Shown here piece by piece: positions 1 to 10,164 of a stretch of 64,000 nucleotides of DNA. The position numbers were made by a program, and so were the translations under genes. Each line of letters opens with the position of its first letter. Position 1 is the first letter of the stretch. A model generated the notes under the pieces. That model did no database searches. It was not told where the DNA came from and worked only from the letters and a program-made list of their open reading frames with translations. Origin of the DNA: an uncultured Planctomycetia bacterium (GTDB lineage Bacteria; Omnitrophota; Gorgyraeia; 2-02-FULL-51-18); assembly GCA_964642015.1 (NCBI GenBank), contig CAZXLF010000001.1:254375-318374 (forward strand), written 5' to 3'.

Positions 1-300
1 AAGCTGAAGCACCCGATCTTCGGGGTGAATTTTTATGACAACAACGGTTTTATGTACTGTGCGAACAGCGATTATGAAAGCGTGGCTTTTGGCGATGTGC
101 CGTTGAAGCGTTTGAAGATCATAGTGCGGGTTCCGGAATTTCATTTACCGATGAATAACTACCTGTGTTCTGCGGTGATCGCTGACCAGAATCCGGATAA
201 TTTAATGGATTGGCATAATATGACTTACCGCTTGACGGTAGGACGCGCTAAGAACTCGAGGGGGTCGGTTAAGCTGAAGACCCAATGGAGTGTGGAATGA
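1..300 (+). CDS. C-terminal part of polysaccharide ABC transporter ATP-binding protein (Wzt C-terminal carbohydrate-binding domain), truncated by window start
   Basis: Frame is open from base 1 (KLKHPIFGVNFYDNNG...LPMNNYLCSAVI...DWH...GSVKLKTQWSVE). The pattern resembles the Wzt_C Ig-like domain, and it lies directly upstream of a glycan operon. Confidence 0.65.
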   Translation, partial: KLKHPIFGVNFYDNNGFMYCANSDYESVAFGDVPLKRLKIIVRVPEFHLPMNNYLCSAVIADQNPDNLMDWHNMTYRLTVGRAKNSRGSVKLKTQWSVE

Positions 301-1052
301 TCACGGGTACGGTCAAGAAAGCCGCTAAAAAAATATTGAAACCGTTCTTCCGACGGTTTCAGGATCCAATCCAATACACTTCAGATTCTCGCTGGGTAGA
401 AGTAAATAAGAAATTAAGCCAATCCAAAACGATCGTTGATCTGGGATGCGGCAATAATCCGGTCAAAGGTGCTACGGTTGCCGTCGATCAATATGTGGAG
501 CCCAAGGAAAGGATCTGCGGTTTCGGGCCTACGATCGATCTTAAGAAAATGGAACAGCAAAACATCAGATTTGTGAACACTCGAGTCGATGCGCCGCTGC
601 CGTTCAAGGATAAGGAATTTGATTTCGCGTACAGCCATCATGCGTTCGAGCATTTTGAAAATCTTCGAACGGCGTGTGATGAAATGATGAGGATCGCGAA
701 AGCAGGAGCTATTATTACGCCGTCTATATTTGCTGAATTTATTTTTGGACGTTCTTACCACCGGTGGATGGTCATGCAGCGTGAAGATATGCTGCTTTTC
801 TTTAAAAAAAGAGCTTTTGAGGATCGGCCTTTCGGAGAACATCCCCGATGGGACGAGGATCATAAAAAATGGGTGCTTGAAGAGCAGACTAATCCTTTTG
901 AGATCTTATTGAACGATGAAAATTGGTATCAAGGCAGGGAAGGCATGCCGCGTTTATCGAACACCATCCGCAAGCATTGGTACGGCAGAACGCCGTTGAT
1001 GGAAGTCGTTTTTCTCTGGGAATCCAGTTTTAAATATCAAATTTATGAATAA
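297..1052 (+). CDS. Class I SAM-dependent methyltransferase
   Basis: IVDLGCG motif I and LPFKDKEFDFAYSHHAFEH motif. The ATG at 297 overlaps the upstream TGA (ORF track starts at 285). Confidence 0.85.
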   Translation: MITGTVKKAAKKILKPFFRRFQDPIQYTSDSRWVEVNKKLSQSKTIVDLGCGNNPVKGATVAVDQYVEPKERICGFGPTIDLKKMEQQNIRFVNTRVDAPLPFKDKEFDFAYSHHAFEHFENLRTACDEMMRIAKAGAIITPSIFAEFIFGRSYHRWMVMQREDMLLFFKKRAFEDRPFGEHPRWDEDHKKWVLEEQTNPFEILLNDENWYQGREGMPRLSNTIRKHWYGRTPLMEVVFLWESSFKYQIYE

Positions 1053-2199
1053 GAAAAAATTAACATTAGCTGTGATCCCTACGGATCCGTTGGAATTTTA
1101 TCTAGCCTCGGGTTATACAGACCCATGGCTTAGGTCTTATTTTAATCCCTGCGGATTTTTTGATAAGGTTTACATTCTTTCATCGCGCGAGAAAAGCAAT
1201 TCAAACCTCTTAGGTTTTGAATCGATTTATACGGAGCCCGCAGAGTTGAAACAGCGTCTCAAAGACCTGAACGTCGACATGGTGCGTGCTTATGGCGGGC
1301 ACTGGGCATGTGCGATGGCCTGTGATTTCAAAGCCGAAGATATTCCGGTCATGGTATCGGTGCATGATATGGATCCCGAACTACTTTGTGATTCTATCAA
1401 GCGGGCCGATTTTGTTCTTTGTGTATCCGAAGCGGTGAGAAACTTCGTGCTTACAAAATTCAAATATCCCGAGCGGGTCTGGGTTCTCCCGAATCGCGTG
1501 AACTTTGATGTTATGCGCCCTTACTCCAAAGAATCCTGCGGCGATCTGAGTGCCAAATATCCGTTCAAATTCAAGATTGTTCATGTCGGCAGAAAAAGAC
1601 CGCAAAAGAACCTTGATAATCTGATCAAGGCCTTGAAGATCCTAGGGCCTGATTATTGTTTGTTGGCTTCCGGCAAAGGCGATACGGAATTTTACGCACA
1701 GATCGCGAAAAGCGAAGGAGTGTCGGACCGTTGTTTTTTGATCGATGCGATTTCCAATGACGAATTGGCCAGATATTATTCCTGGGCTGACTGCATGTGC
1801 AATCCAAGCCGCCATGAAGGCTTTGGGATCGTATTCATTGAAGCGCTGGCATGCGGAGCGGCGGTCGTTACTTCGGACATCGCTCCGATGAACGAATATA
1901 TCACGAATTTGGAAAATGGCATCCTTGTCAAAGATTATGAAAATCCTGAAGCGCTTGCAAAAGCCGTTTCGGCCGCCTGTAATGACGTCAAAATCCGTGA
2001 AAAGATAAAAACCAATGCTAGATCCAGCGTTGGGCGTTTTGAAAAAAGCAAGGTCGATCAATTAGAGGCCGATTATTACCGGAAGGCGCTTGAGATGGGA
2101 CCGAATCACCGGTCTTTTTTTGAAAAGCTGCCCGATTTTGTTTATTACAGGATGCTCGAAACGAAAAACCGTATTTTCAAGAAAGAAGTGTTGAAATGA
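1045..2199 (+). CDS. Glycosyltransferase family 4
   Basis: HVGRKRPQKN and PSRHEGFGIVFIEALACG (EX7E) GT-B motifs. Confidence 0.9.
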   Translation: MNKKKLTLAVIPTDPLEFYLASGYTDPWLRSYFNPCGFFDKVYILSSREKSNSNLLGFESIYTEPAELKQRLKDLNVDMVRAYGGHWACAMACDFKAEDIPVMVSVHDMDPELLCDSIKRADFVLCVSEAVRNFVLTKFKYPERVWVLPNRVNFDVMRPYSKESCGDLSAKYPFKFKIVHVGRKRPQKNLDNLIKALKILGPDYCLLASGKGDTEFYAQIAKSEGVSDRCFLIDAISNDELARYYSWADCMCNPSRHEGFGIVFIEALACGAAVVTSDIAPMNEYITNLENGILVKDYENPEALAKAVSAACNDVKIREKIKTNARSSVGRFEKSKVDQLEADYYRKALEMGPNHRSFFEKLPDFVYYRMLETKNRIFKKEVLK

Positions 2200-4505
2200 A
2201 AAAGACAGATCTTAAGAAAGCGATCAAATCCGCCGGCAAGTCGGGGATCAATTTTATGTTTGAATTCCTGATGCGCCAGTCCAAAACCCATAAAGGCCGG
2301 GTTCTTTACGATGCGTGTGAACTGAAGCTCTTGCGTGAAGCATTGGCGACGCAAAATCTATTTGGCATGGACGGATATATGGTTTCAACATTCGAAAAGG
2401 AATTTGCTGAAAACTACGGAGTACCTTATGGCGTTGCTTCTACATCGGGAACAGCGGCGATCCACACGGCGCTTGGCGCGTTGGACTTGAATGCCGGAGA
2501 TGAGGTGATCACGGCACCGATCACCGATCTGGGCACGATCATTCCTATTCTTTGTCAGAACGCGATCCCTGTATTTGCAGATACCGATGACACTTGCCAG
2601 ATGGACCCCGAAGATATTGAGAGAAAGATCACTTCGCGCACCAAAGCGATCCTGGTGGTGCATCTTTTTGGAAACGCCTGCGACATGGACCGTATTGCAG
2701 CGATCGCGAAGCATCATCAGATCCCTCTGATCGAAGATTGTTCTCAAGCGCATTTGACCGAATACAAGGGAAAATATGTTGGCACGATCGGAGATATTGG
2801 CTGTTTTAGTTTTCAACAATCTAAGCACATGACTACCGGCGACGGCGGAATGACGATCACTTCAAATAAAGACTATTATGAGCGCATGAAACTTTTTGTC
2901 GACAAAGGCTATGCGCGAAAAGGATGGGGAACGCGTGCTTATTTGTTCCACGCGCCGAATTATCGAATGAATGAACTGACTGCCGCGGTCGGCCGCGCTC
3001 AGCTTCAAAAAGTGAAAGCTGTTGTTGAAAAGCGGCACAAGATGGGTTTAGAGATGACACAGCTTTTGAAAGGCATCCAGACGATCACACCGGTTCCGAC
3101 AACAGAAGGCGCGAGTCATTCTTATTGGCTTTATCCGTTCAAAATCGAAGGAGTTGATCTTGAGCTTTTCTGTAAGGAGATGATCAAGCGCGGTGTTTAT
3201 GCGATGGCCGGATACACCGGGAAAGCCATTTATCTTTGCACCGAGTCGCTCAGAGCAAAAAAAACTTATGGTGATTCGCAGCTGCCTTTTAGTTGGAGAA
3301 AGGATAAAAATTTTGAGTATAAGGAAGGGCTTTGCCCGAAAGCGGAAAAGGCTTTGGAGACTCTTGTTTGCGTTCCTTGGAACGAGAGTTGGGGAACTGT
3401 GGGTGTCGAAAAAGCTGCGCGTGTGATCAAAGAATCGCTGGAAAAGGTAAGTGGTAAGACGGTCTTAGTTGCCAAAGAAATTTTTCAGAAGGATTCAAAT
3501 ACTGCTTCTTCGGAAAAATCTCAAGCGCAGAAATTACGTATCGGATTGATCGGTTGCGGTCAGATCGGCCACGCGCATATGGAAGCTTACAGAACCAATC
3601 CAAACGCCAAGATCATTGCGGTTGTGGACACAGACATTGACCGCGCGGAAAAATTCGCCAATGAAATAGGTGCCAAAGCGTACAAGTCTCATCGCGAAAT
3701 GATCCAGAATGAGAAACTGGACGGCGTTAGTCTCTGCACCGTACCGTCATCCCACCGGGATATTACGCTTGATCTCCTGGATGCCGGTATTCATGTTCTT
3801 TGCGAAAAACCGCTGGCATTATCGGTGGTTCAAGCCGAAGAGATGATCAACAAGGCAGCGCAAAAAAACCGCATTCTTTTGACGGCATTTAAACTGAGAT
3901 TTTTTGAGGAAGTGATCAAAGCCAAAGAAATGATCTCGAAAGGGGAGCTCGGCAAGCCCCTTACTTTTCGTCTGATGTTCGGCGGTTACATGGATATGGC
4001 CGGTACTTGGTATTCGAAAAAAGAAATATCCGGCGGCGGCGTGATTATGGATAACGGTCCCCACGCGATAGATCTGATCCATTATTTATTCGGCGAGGTA
4101 GCTAATGTTTCGGTGGATGCTTCGGATGTCAAAAATTTGGGCGTGGAAGATACGGCTAAACTGAATCTCGTTTTAAAAAACGGGACCGTTGGCACGATCG
4201 ATCTCAGCTGGCCGGCTTATGTCACACCGCAATCTTACTTAGAGATCATCGGAGACGAAGGGACGGCATTGCTTGATTTTTCAGGGATCACTTATAAATT
4301 AAAAACATGGGGCAATTGGAAAAGAGTGTTGAACCATTCCGGGCCTGATGAGGCATTCGCCAGACAGATCGAACATTTCCTGAATGCCATTGCCGGAAAG
4401 AAATATCCAGTGATCAATGCGCAGGCCGGTCTTCAGTCACAAAAAGTTTTGGAGGCAGCGTATCAGTCTATCAGCAAAGGAACACGAGTCAACATTGCTA
4501 ATTAA
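2196..4505 (+). CDS. Fusion of DegT/DnrJ/EryC1/StrS PLP aminotransferase and Gfo/Idh/MocA NAD-dependent oxidoreductase
   Basis: N-half: SGTAAIH, IEDCSQAH, SFQQSKHMTTGDGG (PLP lysine). C-half: IGLIGCGQIG Rossmann motif, HVLCEKP, GGGVIMDNGPHAID. Confidence 0.9.
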   Translation: MKKTDLKKAIKSAGKSGINFMFEFLMRQSKTHKGRVLYDACELKLLREALATQNLFGMDGYMVSTFEKEFAENYGVPYGVASTSGTAAIHTALGALDLNAGDEVITAPITDLGTIIPILCQNAIPVFADTDDTCQMDPEDIERKITSRTKAILVVHLFGNACDMDRIAAIAKHHQIPLIEDCSQAHLTEYKGKYVGTIGDIGCFSFQQSKHMTTGDGGMTITSNKDYYERMKLFVDKGYARKGWGTRAYLFHAPNYRMNELTAAVGRAQLQKVKAVVEKRHKMGLEMTQLLKGIQTITPVPTTEGASHSYWLYPFKIEGVDLELFCKEMIKRGVYAMAGYTGKAIYLCTESLRAKKTYGDSQLPFSWRKDKNFEYKEGLCPKAEKALETLVCVPWNESWGTVGVEKAARVIKESLEKVSGKTVLVAKEIFQKDSNTASSEKSQAQKLRIGLIGCGQIGHAHMEAYRTNPNAKIIAVVDTDIDRAEKFANEIGAKAYKSHREMIQNEKLDGVSLCTVPSSHRDITLDLLDAGIHVLCEKPLALSVVQAEEMINKAAQKNRILLTAFKLRFFEEVIKAKEMISKGELGKPLTFRLMFGGYMDMAGTWYSKKEISGGGVIMDNGPHAIDLIHYLFGEVANVSVDASDVKNLGVEDTAKLNLVLKNGTVGTIDLSWPAYVTPQSYLEIIGDEGTALLDFSGITYKLKTWGNWKRVLNHSGPDEAFARQIEHFLNAIAGKKYPVINAQAGLQSQKVLEAAYQSISKGTRVNIAN

Positions 4506-4514
4506 GGGGGAATA

Positions 4515-5489
4515 ATGAGTTTGTTGAATCTTTTCAGTTTCGAAAAAAAAGTGGATATGAGCAAACCTGTTGATGAAAAGGTGTGTGTGCAAAAAGCTAT
4601 TCAATGGGTGAGAAATAACCGCGTGCCTAACTCCGGCGTCAGACAGAGCCACAATCGAGAACTTATTACGCCGGAAGTAACCGGCTATTTGATCGACAGT
4701 CTGTATCGCATTGGCGAAAAAGAATTGGCTTATGATCTGGCGCGTTGGGAAGTGTCCATTCAGAAACCAAACGGCGCTTTCGGGGCTCCCGATGGTGTTG
4801 CTTACACGTTTGATACGGCTCAGGTGGCTCGGGGGTTCTTGTCGCTATTGGACGGCAAGCCTGAATTTGAAGCGCCGCTTCGCCGCGCCTGTGATTATGT
4901 GGATAAAATGATCGCCGCGGACGGAAATGTGACTCACGAAACCTATGACATGTGGTATCTGCCGGACGGCACGGTATTGTCAGAGTATGGGAATTTATAT
5001 GTGCTGCCACCGATGCTTCAAGCGGGAAAAAAATTGAATGAGCCCCGGTATACCGCTGCCGCCAAAAGAGGCATGGAATATTTCAGGAAAAAACCGGATC
5101 TTGTTGAGTTTAAATCCGAACTCGCGATGTTATCGCATTATTTCGGTTACATGATGGAAGCGCTCGTTGATCTGGGTGAGGTCGAGCTTGCGAAAAAAGG
5201 ACTGAAGCAGGCGCTGGCTGTTCAGCGAAAAGACGGATCGATCCCGGCGTATCCCGGTGTCAACTGGGTGTGCTCGACCGGCATGGCACAGCTGGCGATC
5301 GCGTGGTACAAACTTGGCGATCGTGAACCCGCGGACAAAGCGATGAATTATCTTTTCCGTCTTCAAAACCCAAGCGGTGGTTTTTACGGCGGATACGGCA
5401 AAGGCGCTGCATATTTTCCTGATGCTGAGATCAGTTGGGCAGTTAAATTTTTTCTTGATGCGGTCATGTTGAGGAACAAGGCGAAGTAA
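4515..5489 (+). CDS. Uncharacterised alpha/alpha-toroid protein (prenyltransferase/squalene-oxidase-like repeats)
   Basis: Repeated QxxxG(S/G/A)(F/I) motifs (IQKPNGAF, VQRKDGSI, LQNPSGGF), plus PEVTGY, FDTAQV and SWAVKFFLDA. Confidence 0.65.
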   Translation: MSLLNLFSFEKKVDMSKPVDEKVCVQKAIQWVRNNRVPNSGVRQSHNRELITPEVTGYLIDSLYRIGEKELAYDLARWEVSIQKPNGAFGAPDGVAYTFDTAQVARGFLSLLDGKPEFEAPLRRACDYVDKMIAADGNVTHETYDMWYLPDGTVLSEYGNLYVLPPMLQAGKKLNEPRYTAAAKRGMEYFRKKPDLVEFKSELAMLSHYFGYMMEALVDLGEVELAKKGLKQALAVQRKDGSIPAYPGVNWVCSTGMAQLAIAWYKLGDREPADKAMNYLFRLQNPSGGFYGGYGKGAAYFPDAEISWAVKFFLDAVMLRNKAK

Positions 5490-5493
5490 CATC

Positions 5494-6411
5494 ATGGAAA
5501 ACGATTCTTCCAAGGTCAGCATCATACTCCCGACTTACAACGGATCAAAACTGATCCGCCGGTCGATCGACAGCTGCCTTGCCCAGACACACAAGAATTT
5601 CGAATTGATCATTATTGACGATTGTTCGACTGATGATACGCCGTCGATCGTGAGATCTTATACGGATCCGCGTATCCATTATTTCCGTAATGAGAAAAAT
5701 CAGCGCTTGCCGCGATCTCTTAACATCGGTTTTGCAAAAGCTACTGGAGAATATCTAACCTGGACTTCAGATGATAATGAATACATGCTGGAGGCGATCG
5801 AAAAAATGCTTCGCATGTTCAGATCTGATCCGGAACTGGGATTTGTTTACGCGGATTTTTGGGCTTATTACGAAGATTCGGGCAAGAAGGAAGTTATCTC
5901 GCTGGGCAGTCTCGACCTGAAAGTAAGGAACCGTATCGGCGGTGCTTTTATGTATACGAGAAAAGTTTATGAAGCTATCGGGGATTACAATCCTTATTAC
6001 GAAATGGTGGAAGATTATGATTACTGGCTTAGGATCTTCAAAAGATTCAAAACAGCCAATCTCGCGGAGCCGGTCTATCTTTACCGTTATCATGCGCAGT
6101 CGCTGACAACGACGCGCCAGAATAACCAAGAACTTTTCGATATGATCTTGAAATACAGGAATGGTTATGTATCTTTGTCTAAACTGGGATGGACCGGTGC
6201 GTATTATCTTGAAAATATCACAAGATCCAACCGGCCGGCGGGAGAGAAAATAAAAATCCTTTTGCATGCTTGTTCGACGCTTTTTGGATTGTCCGTACCA
6301 TTTTTTTTATTGTTCATTTTTTTAACCATTTATTATTCCATTTACAAGAGCATCCGTTCATTTTTTGTCAGTACTTCGATTTTAAAAACACATCATAGGA
6401 GTTTGTTATGA
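5494..6411 (+). CDS. Glycosyltransferase family 2
   Basis: VSIILPTYN, IIDDCSTD, TSDD, EDYDYWLR. Confidence 0.9.
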   Translation: MENDSSKVSIILPTYNGSKLIRRSIDSCLAQTHKNFELIIIDDCSTDDTPSIVRSYTDPRIHYFRNEKNQRLPRSLNIGFAKATGEYLTWTSDDNEYMLEAIEKMLRMFRSDPELGFVYADFWAYYEDSGKKEVISLGSLDLKVRNRIGGAFMYTRKVYEAIGDYNPYYEMVEDYDYWLRIFKRFKTANLAEPVYLYRYHAQSLTTTRQNNQELFDMILKYRNGYVSLSKLGWTGAYYLENITRSNRPAGEKIKILLHACSTLFGLSVPFFLLFIFLTIYYSIYKSIRSFFVSTSILKTHHRSLL

Positions 6412-7385
6412 GGATATTGGTCGTCGGCGGGGCGGGATACATAGGGTCGAACATGGTGCGGATGCTTCTTGAGAAGAGACATAAGGTCGTCGTGTTCGAC
6501 AATTTGAGCACAGGCCACAAGGAATTTGTGCCCAAGGAAGCCGTTTTTTTTAAAGGAGACCTGAGAAGTATCCGGGATGTCGAGTCGATCTTTAAATTGT
6601 ACAAGATCGATGCTGTGATGCACTTTGCAGCCTCGGCGCTCGTCGGAGAATCGGTGGAAAATCCTTTGAAGTATTATGACAACAACGTTTCCGCCTGTAT
6701 CAATCTGCTCAAGGCAATGGTCGCTCACAAGGTCAATTATTTTATCTTTTCATCCACATGCGCGACCTTCGGAGAACCGAAAAAAGTTCCCATGGATGAA
6801 ACCCATGAACAGAATCCGGTAAACCCCTATGGGCGATCAAAGCTGATGATCGAAAAAATCCTGCAGGATCTTTCCCGTGCGGACCAGATGAATTATGTGG
6901 CTTTGCGTTATTTCAACGCTTGCGGAGCGCATCCTTCCGGGGAGATCGGGGAGCGCCATGATCCGGAAACGCATTTGATCCCGAATATTTTGAAAGTGGC
7001 TACCGGAGAAAAAAAAGAGCTGATGATCTTCGGGGACGATTATGATACTCCGGACGGCACCTGCATCCGGGATTATATCCATATCGAAGATCTGGCTACC
7101 GCGCATCTTCTGGCGCTTGAAGCGCTGAATAACGGCATGAAGAGCGATTTTTTTAATCTTGGCAGCGAAAAAGGGTATTCAGTGAAAGAGATCATCCGAG
7201 CCGTCGAGCGTGTCACGGGCAAAAAAATTAAGGCCAAAGTTTCTCCGCGAAGACCGGGCGATCCGGCGCGTTTGGTCGCGAAGTCGGATAAAGCAAAAAA
7301 AGTACTGGGCTGGAAGGCTACCTATGATCTTGAAGGTATTATCGAAACGGCGTGGAGATGGCATCGAAAAGAAGCGCATTCATGA
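6408..7385 (+). CDS. galE: UDP-glucose 4-epimerase
   Basis: GGAGYIGS, HFAASALVGES, YGRSK, LRYFNACGA, DGTCIRDYIH. Confidence 0.93.
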   Translation: MRILVVGGAGYIGSNMVRMLLEKRHKVVVFDNLSTGHKEFVPKEAVFFKGDLRSIRDVESIFKLYKIDAVMHFAASALVGESVENPLKYYDNNVSACINLLKAMVAHKVNYFIFSSTCATFGEPKKVPMDETHEQNPVNPYGRSKLMIEKILQDLSRADQMNYVALRYFNACGAHPSGEIGERHDPETHLIPNILKVATGEKKELMIFGDDYDTPDGTCIRDYIHIEDLATAHLLALEALNNGMKSDFFNLGSEKGYSVKEIIRAVERVTGKKIKAKVSPRRPGDPARLVAKSDKAKKVLGWKATYDLEGIIETAWRWHRKEAHS

Positions 7386-8593
7386 AAGTAGCTTATCTTT
7401 TAAACATATTTCCCAAGATATCGGAAACGTTCATTTTGAACGAAATGCTCGAGATCCAATCCAAAGGGATCTCGATCGGCGTTTTTGCTTATCATGATTC
7501 AAAAGAAGAAAAGACCCAGCCGCGCGCGAAAGAGATCAAGGATGTTCAATATTTTTTCAAAGCCAATTTATTTCAGATCATTTACGCGCATTTGTTCTGG
7601 CTTTCGAGGAAACCCGTTTGCTATGTGAGAATGGTGTGGTTCATTTTGAGGCATGGCGACAGGGTCCGCAAACTTTTCCTGGTGCATTTGTATGATACGG
7701 TACGCGTCTATCAGTGGAAACCCGATCATCTGCATGCGTATTTCGGCGAAGCGCTGGGAGATGTGGCTTCTGCCAATTTGGCGATGGTGCTCCATCTTTT
7801 GTCGGGCATTCCTTATACGTTCACGACTTACGCGCATGACATCTTCGACATGCCGGCGACGAATTACCCGATCAAATCCAAATTGGCCGTGAAGCATGTC
7901 ACCGTTTCCGACTACAACAAACGGTATCTCATAGAAAAATTGGGAGTCGATGAAAAAGATATCGAAGTGATCTTTAGCGGCATCGATTTCAGGCATATTA
8001 GCGCTTTTGCCAATAAAAAAATTCCGTCGGCAAAAAAGCCGCTTATCCTTTGCATCGCGAGACTTTCGAAGGAAAAAGGGCTCGATATTTTGGTCAAGGC
8101 CTGCAAACGTCTTGCCGATCAGGGAATGGAGTTTGAATGCATCATCGTCGGCGACGGAGCGGAAAGGGAATATCTAGCGCGTCTGATCAAAGAGAACGGT
8201 CTTTCGGAAAAAGTCATTTTGGCTGGTTATCAGACCCAACCGCAGGTTTTTGAATGGTTGAATCAGGCGACACTGATGGCATTGCCAAGTTATTCGGAGG
8301 GCATTCCTTTATCTTTAATGGAAGCGATGGCGTTCCGCGTTCCGGTGGTTTCAACCCGTATCTGCGGGATCCCTGAACTGATCGAAGACGGCGAAAGCGG
8401 TTTTTTGGTAAAGCCCGGAGATCCTGAAGGTCTGTCTGAAAGAATAAAGCAGCTTTTGTCGGATGAGGCGCTGCGTCAGAAATTCACGGAGACAGGTTAT
8501 AAGAAAGTTTACGAAGATTTTAATCTTAAAACAGTGATGGACAAGCTTTTGAACATCTGGCCGGCCGCCGCAACCGGAGCCAATAGCCGATGA
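7382..8593 (+). CDS. Glycosyltransferase family 4 (WcaL-like)
   Basis: FPKISETFILNE N-terminus and EGIPLSLMEAMA. The ATG at 7382 overlaps the galE stop. Confidence 0.88.
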   Translation: MKVAYLLNIFPKISETFILNEMLEIQSKGISIGVFAYHDSKEEKTQPRAKEIKDVQYFFKANLFQIIYAHLFWLSRKPVCYVRMVWFILRHGDRVRKLFLVHLYDTVRVYQWKPDHLHAYFGEALGDVASANLAMVLHLLSGIPYTFTTYAHDIFDMPATNYPIKSKLAVKHVTVSDYNKRYLIEKLGVDEKDIEVIFSGIDFRHISAFANKKIPSAKKPLILCIARLSKEKGLDILVKACKRLADQGMEFECIIVGDGAEREYLARLIKENGLSEKVILAGYQTQPQVFEWLNQATLMALPSYSEGIPLSLMEAMAFRVPVVSTRICGIPELIEDGESGFLVKPGDPEGLSERIKQLLSDEALRQKFTETGYKKVYEDFNLKTVMDKLLNIWPAAATGANSR

Positions 8594-10164
8594 GAAAACA
8601 GATCTTGAGCAATCTTTCGAGCAATTATCTGCTGAGTTTTTTCGGCATGATTCTCGGTTTTTTTCTCGTGCCGTTCCTGATCGGGAAATTGGGGAAAGGT
8701 GTTTACGGTATCATTGTTCTCACCGAATCAACGATCGCTTTTTTTGAGATATTGACCGTTAGTGTGCGCATGGCATTGTCGCGCCACGCGACGTTTGCGC
8801 TGTCACAGGACAAACTTGATGAGTTTGCGGAATATCTTTCGACCGGGTTCAGGGTACTGTATTTTTCAGCGGCGCTTGTATTGATATCAGGCGTTACTCT
8901 GAGCTTGAATTTCCCGAATATTTTTAAGGTCCCCGAAGGTTATGTTTTTGAAAGTAAAGTGCATTTTTTGTTGATCGCGCTCGCTTTTACGGCCGCGATA
9001 CCGAATATCATTTACTGGTCGGGTCTTTATGCGAAACAGCGTTTTGATTTGATCAATTTTTCGACGTCATTCGGGCTTATCATGCGCGCGATCTGTATTT
9101 TTCTATATTATTCCCTGGCCCCGAAAAGATACGCGACGCTGATGCCTTATGGGTTCATTTACCTTGTGATGACTCTAACGCAAAATAGCATGATCTATTT
9201 TTGGTTCAAGAAGATCATCCCTGGCATCAAGATCAGCATGCGGCGTTTCAATCCCGCGAAGGTCAGAGAGATCCTTTCTTTCAGCGCACATACGTCGCTT
9301 ACGCGTGCCAGCGGACTCCTTTATGAGAACACCGCGAACATCATCATTAACATTTTGTGGGGACCTTCTTATAACGCGATCTATTCGGTGGCCCTGAAGC
9401 TGCCGAACATGCTGAGAAAGATCTTTGTGGAACCGACTTGGACTTTGACACCGACATTCACGGACCTGGCGGCCAAGCACGACACCAAAAAGATCGAGAA
9501 CATGCTGTACATGTTCTCCAAGTCGCTGGCGATATTCACTTATCCTATCCTTCTGGGTCTGATGACATTATCAAGCTCCATCATTACTTTATGGGTTGGG
9601 CCCGATTTTTTGATGGCCGCTAAATTGCTCCGCATGTATATTGTGCCGCTTTTTGTTTTCATCCCATTCGCACTTTCGGGTTGCATCTTCAACGCTTACG
9701 CAAAGATCAAGGTGCCCAGCTTCGTCAGTTTTGGAATGGCGCTTTCCAATGTGGCCTGCTGCCTTATTTTTGGATATTTATTTTCTTGGAAACTCTACGG
9801 CATTGCGTTGTCAGCTGTCCTGTCGACCGCGGTATCGTCCACGGTTTACCCGTGGTATTGCTGCCGTATCGCCAAACTTTCGTTAAAAAAATATTGGCTG
9901 GGTTCGATCCTGGGCCCTTTAGCGCTGCTTGGTGCGGTGGCAATTGTTAATTTCTCCATTTTCGAATTATTTCATATCCCCTGGAAACTCAATCTTTTTG
10001 TTTTTGCCGAATTCTCTTTAACCGCTTTGGCATATTATGCGCTTGCTTATAAATTCCTTTTGACGCCGCATGAAAAGCGCCACATAGGCGATATACGGCA
10101 GGCGGTCATGGGAAGATTGAATCCCAGAGCGCTTAAACCTTCAGCGGTGGTGGTGGAGCCATGA
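8590..10164 (+). CDS. Wzx-type oligosaccharide flippase (MOP superfamily)
   Basis: 524 aa with about 12-14 hydrophobic segments; LVPFLIGKLGKGVYG N-terminus typical of polysaccharide biosynthesis flippases. Confidence 0.85.
   Translation: MRKQILSNLSSNYLLSFFGMILGFFLVPFLIGKLGKGVYGIIVLTESTIAFFEILTVSVRMALSRHATFALSQDKLDEFAEYLSTGFRVLYFSAALVLISGVTLSLNFPNIFKVPEGYVFESKVHFLLIALAFTAAIPNIIYWSGLYAKQRFDLINFSTSFGLIMRAICIFLYYSLAPKRYATLMPYGFIYLVMTLTQNSMIYFWFKKIIPGIKISMRRFNPAKVREILSFSAHTSLTRASGLLYENTANIIINILWGPSYNAIYSVALKLPNMLRKIFVEPTWTLTPTFTDLAAKHDTKKIENMLYMFSKSLAIFTYPILLGLMTLSSSIITLWVGPDFLMAAKLLRMYIVPLFVFIPFALSGCIFNAYAKIKVPSFVSFGMALSNVACCLIFGYLFSWKLYGIALSAVLSTAVSSTVYPWYCCRIAKLSLKKYWLGSILGPLALLGAVAIVNFSIFELFHIPWKLNLFVFAEFSLTALAYYALAYKFLLTPHEKRHIGDIRQAVMGRLNPRALKPSAVVVEP

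Noticed and set aside
4515-5489. Terpene cyclase / secondary-metabolite cluster interpretation of the toroid-repeat genes
   Set aside because: The proteins are about half the size of squalene-hopene cyclase, lack a DxDD motif and sit among glycosyltransferases.
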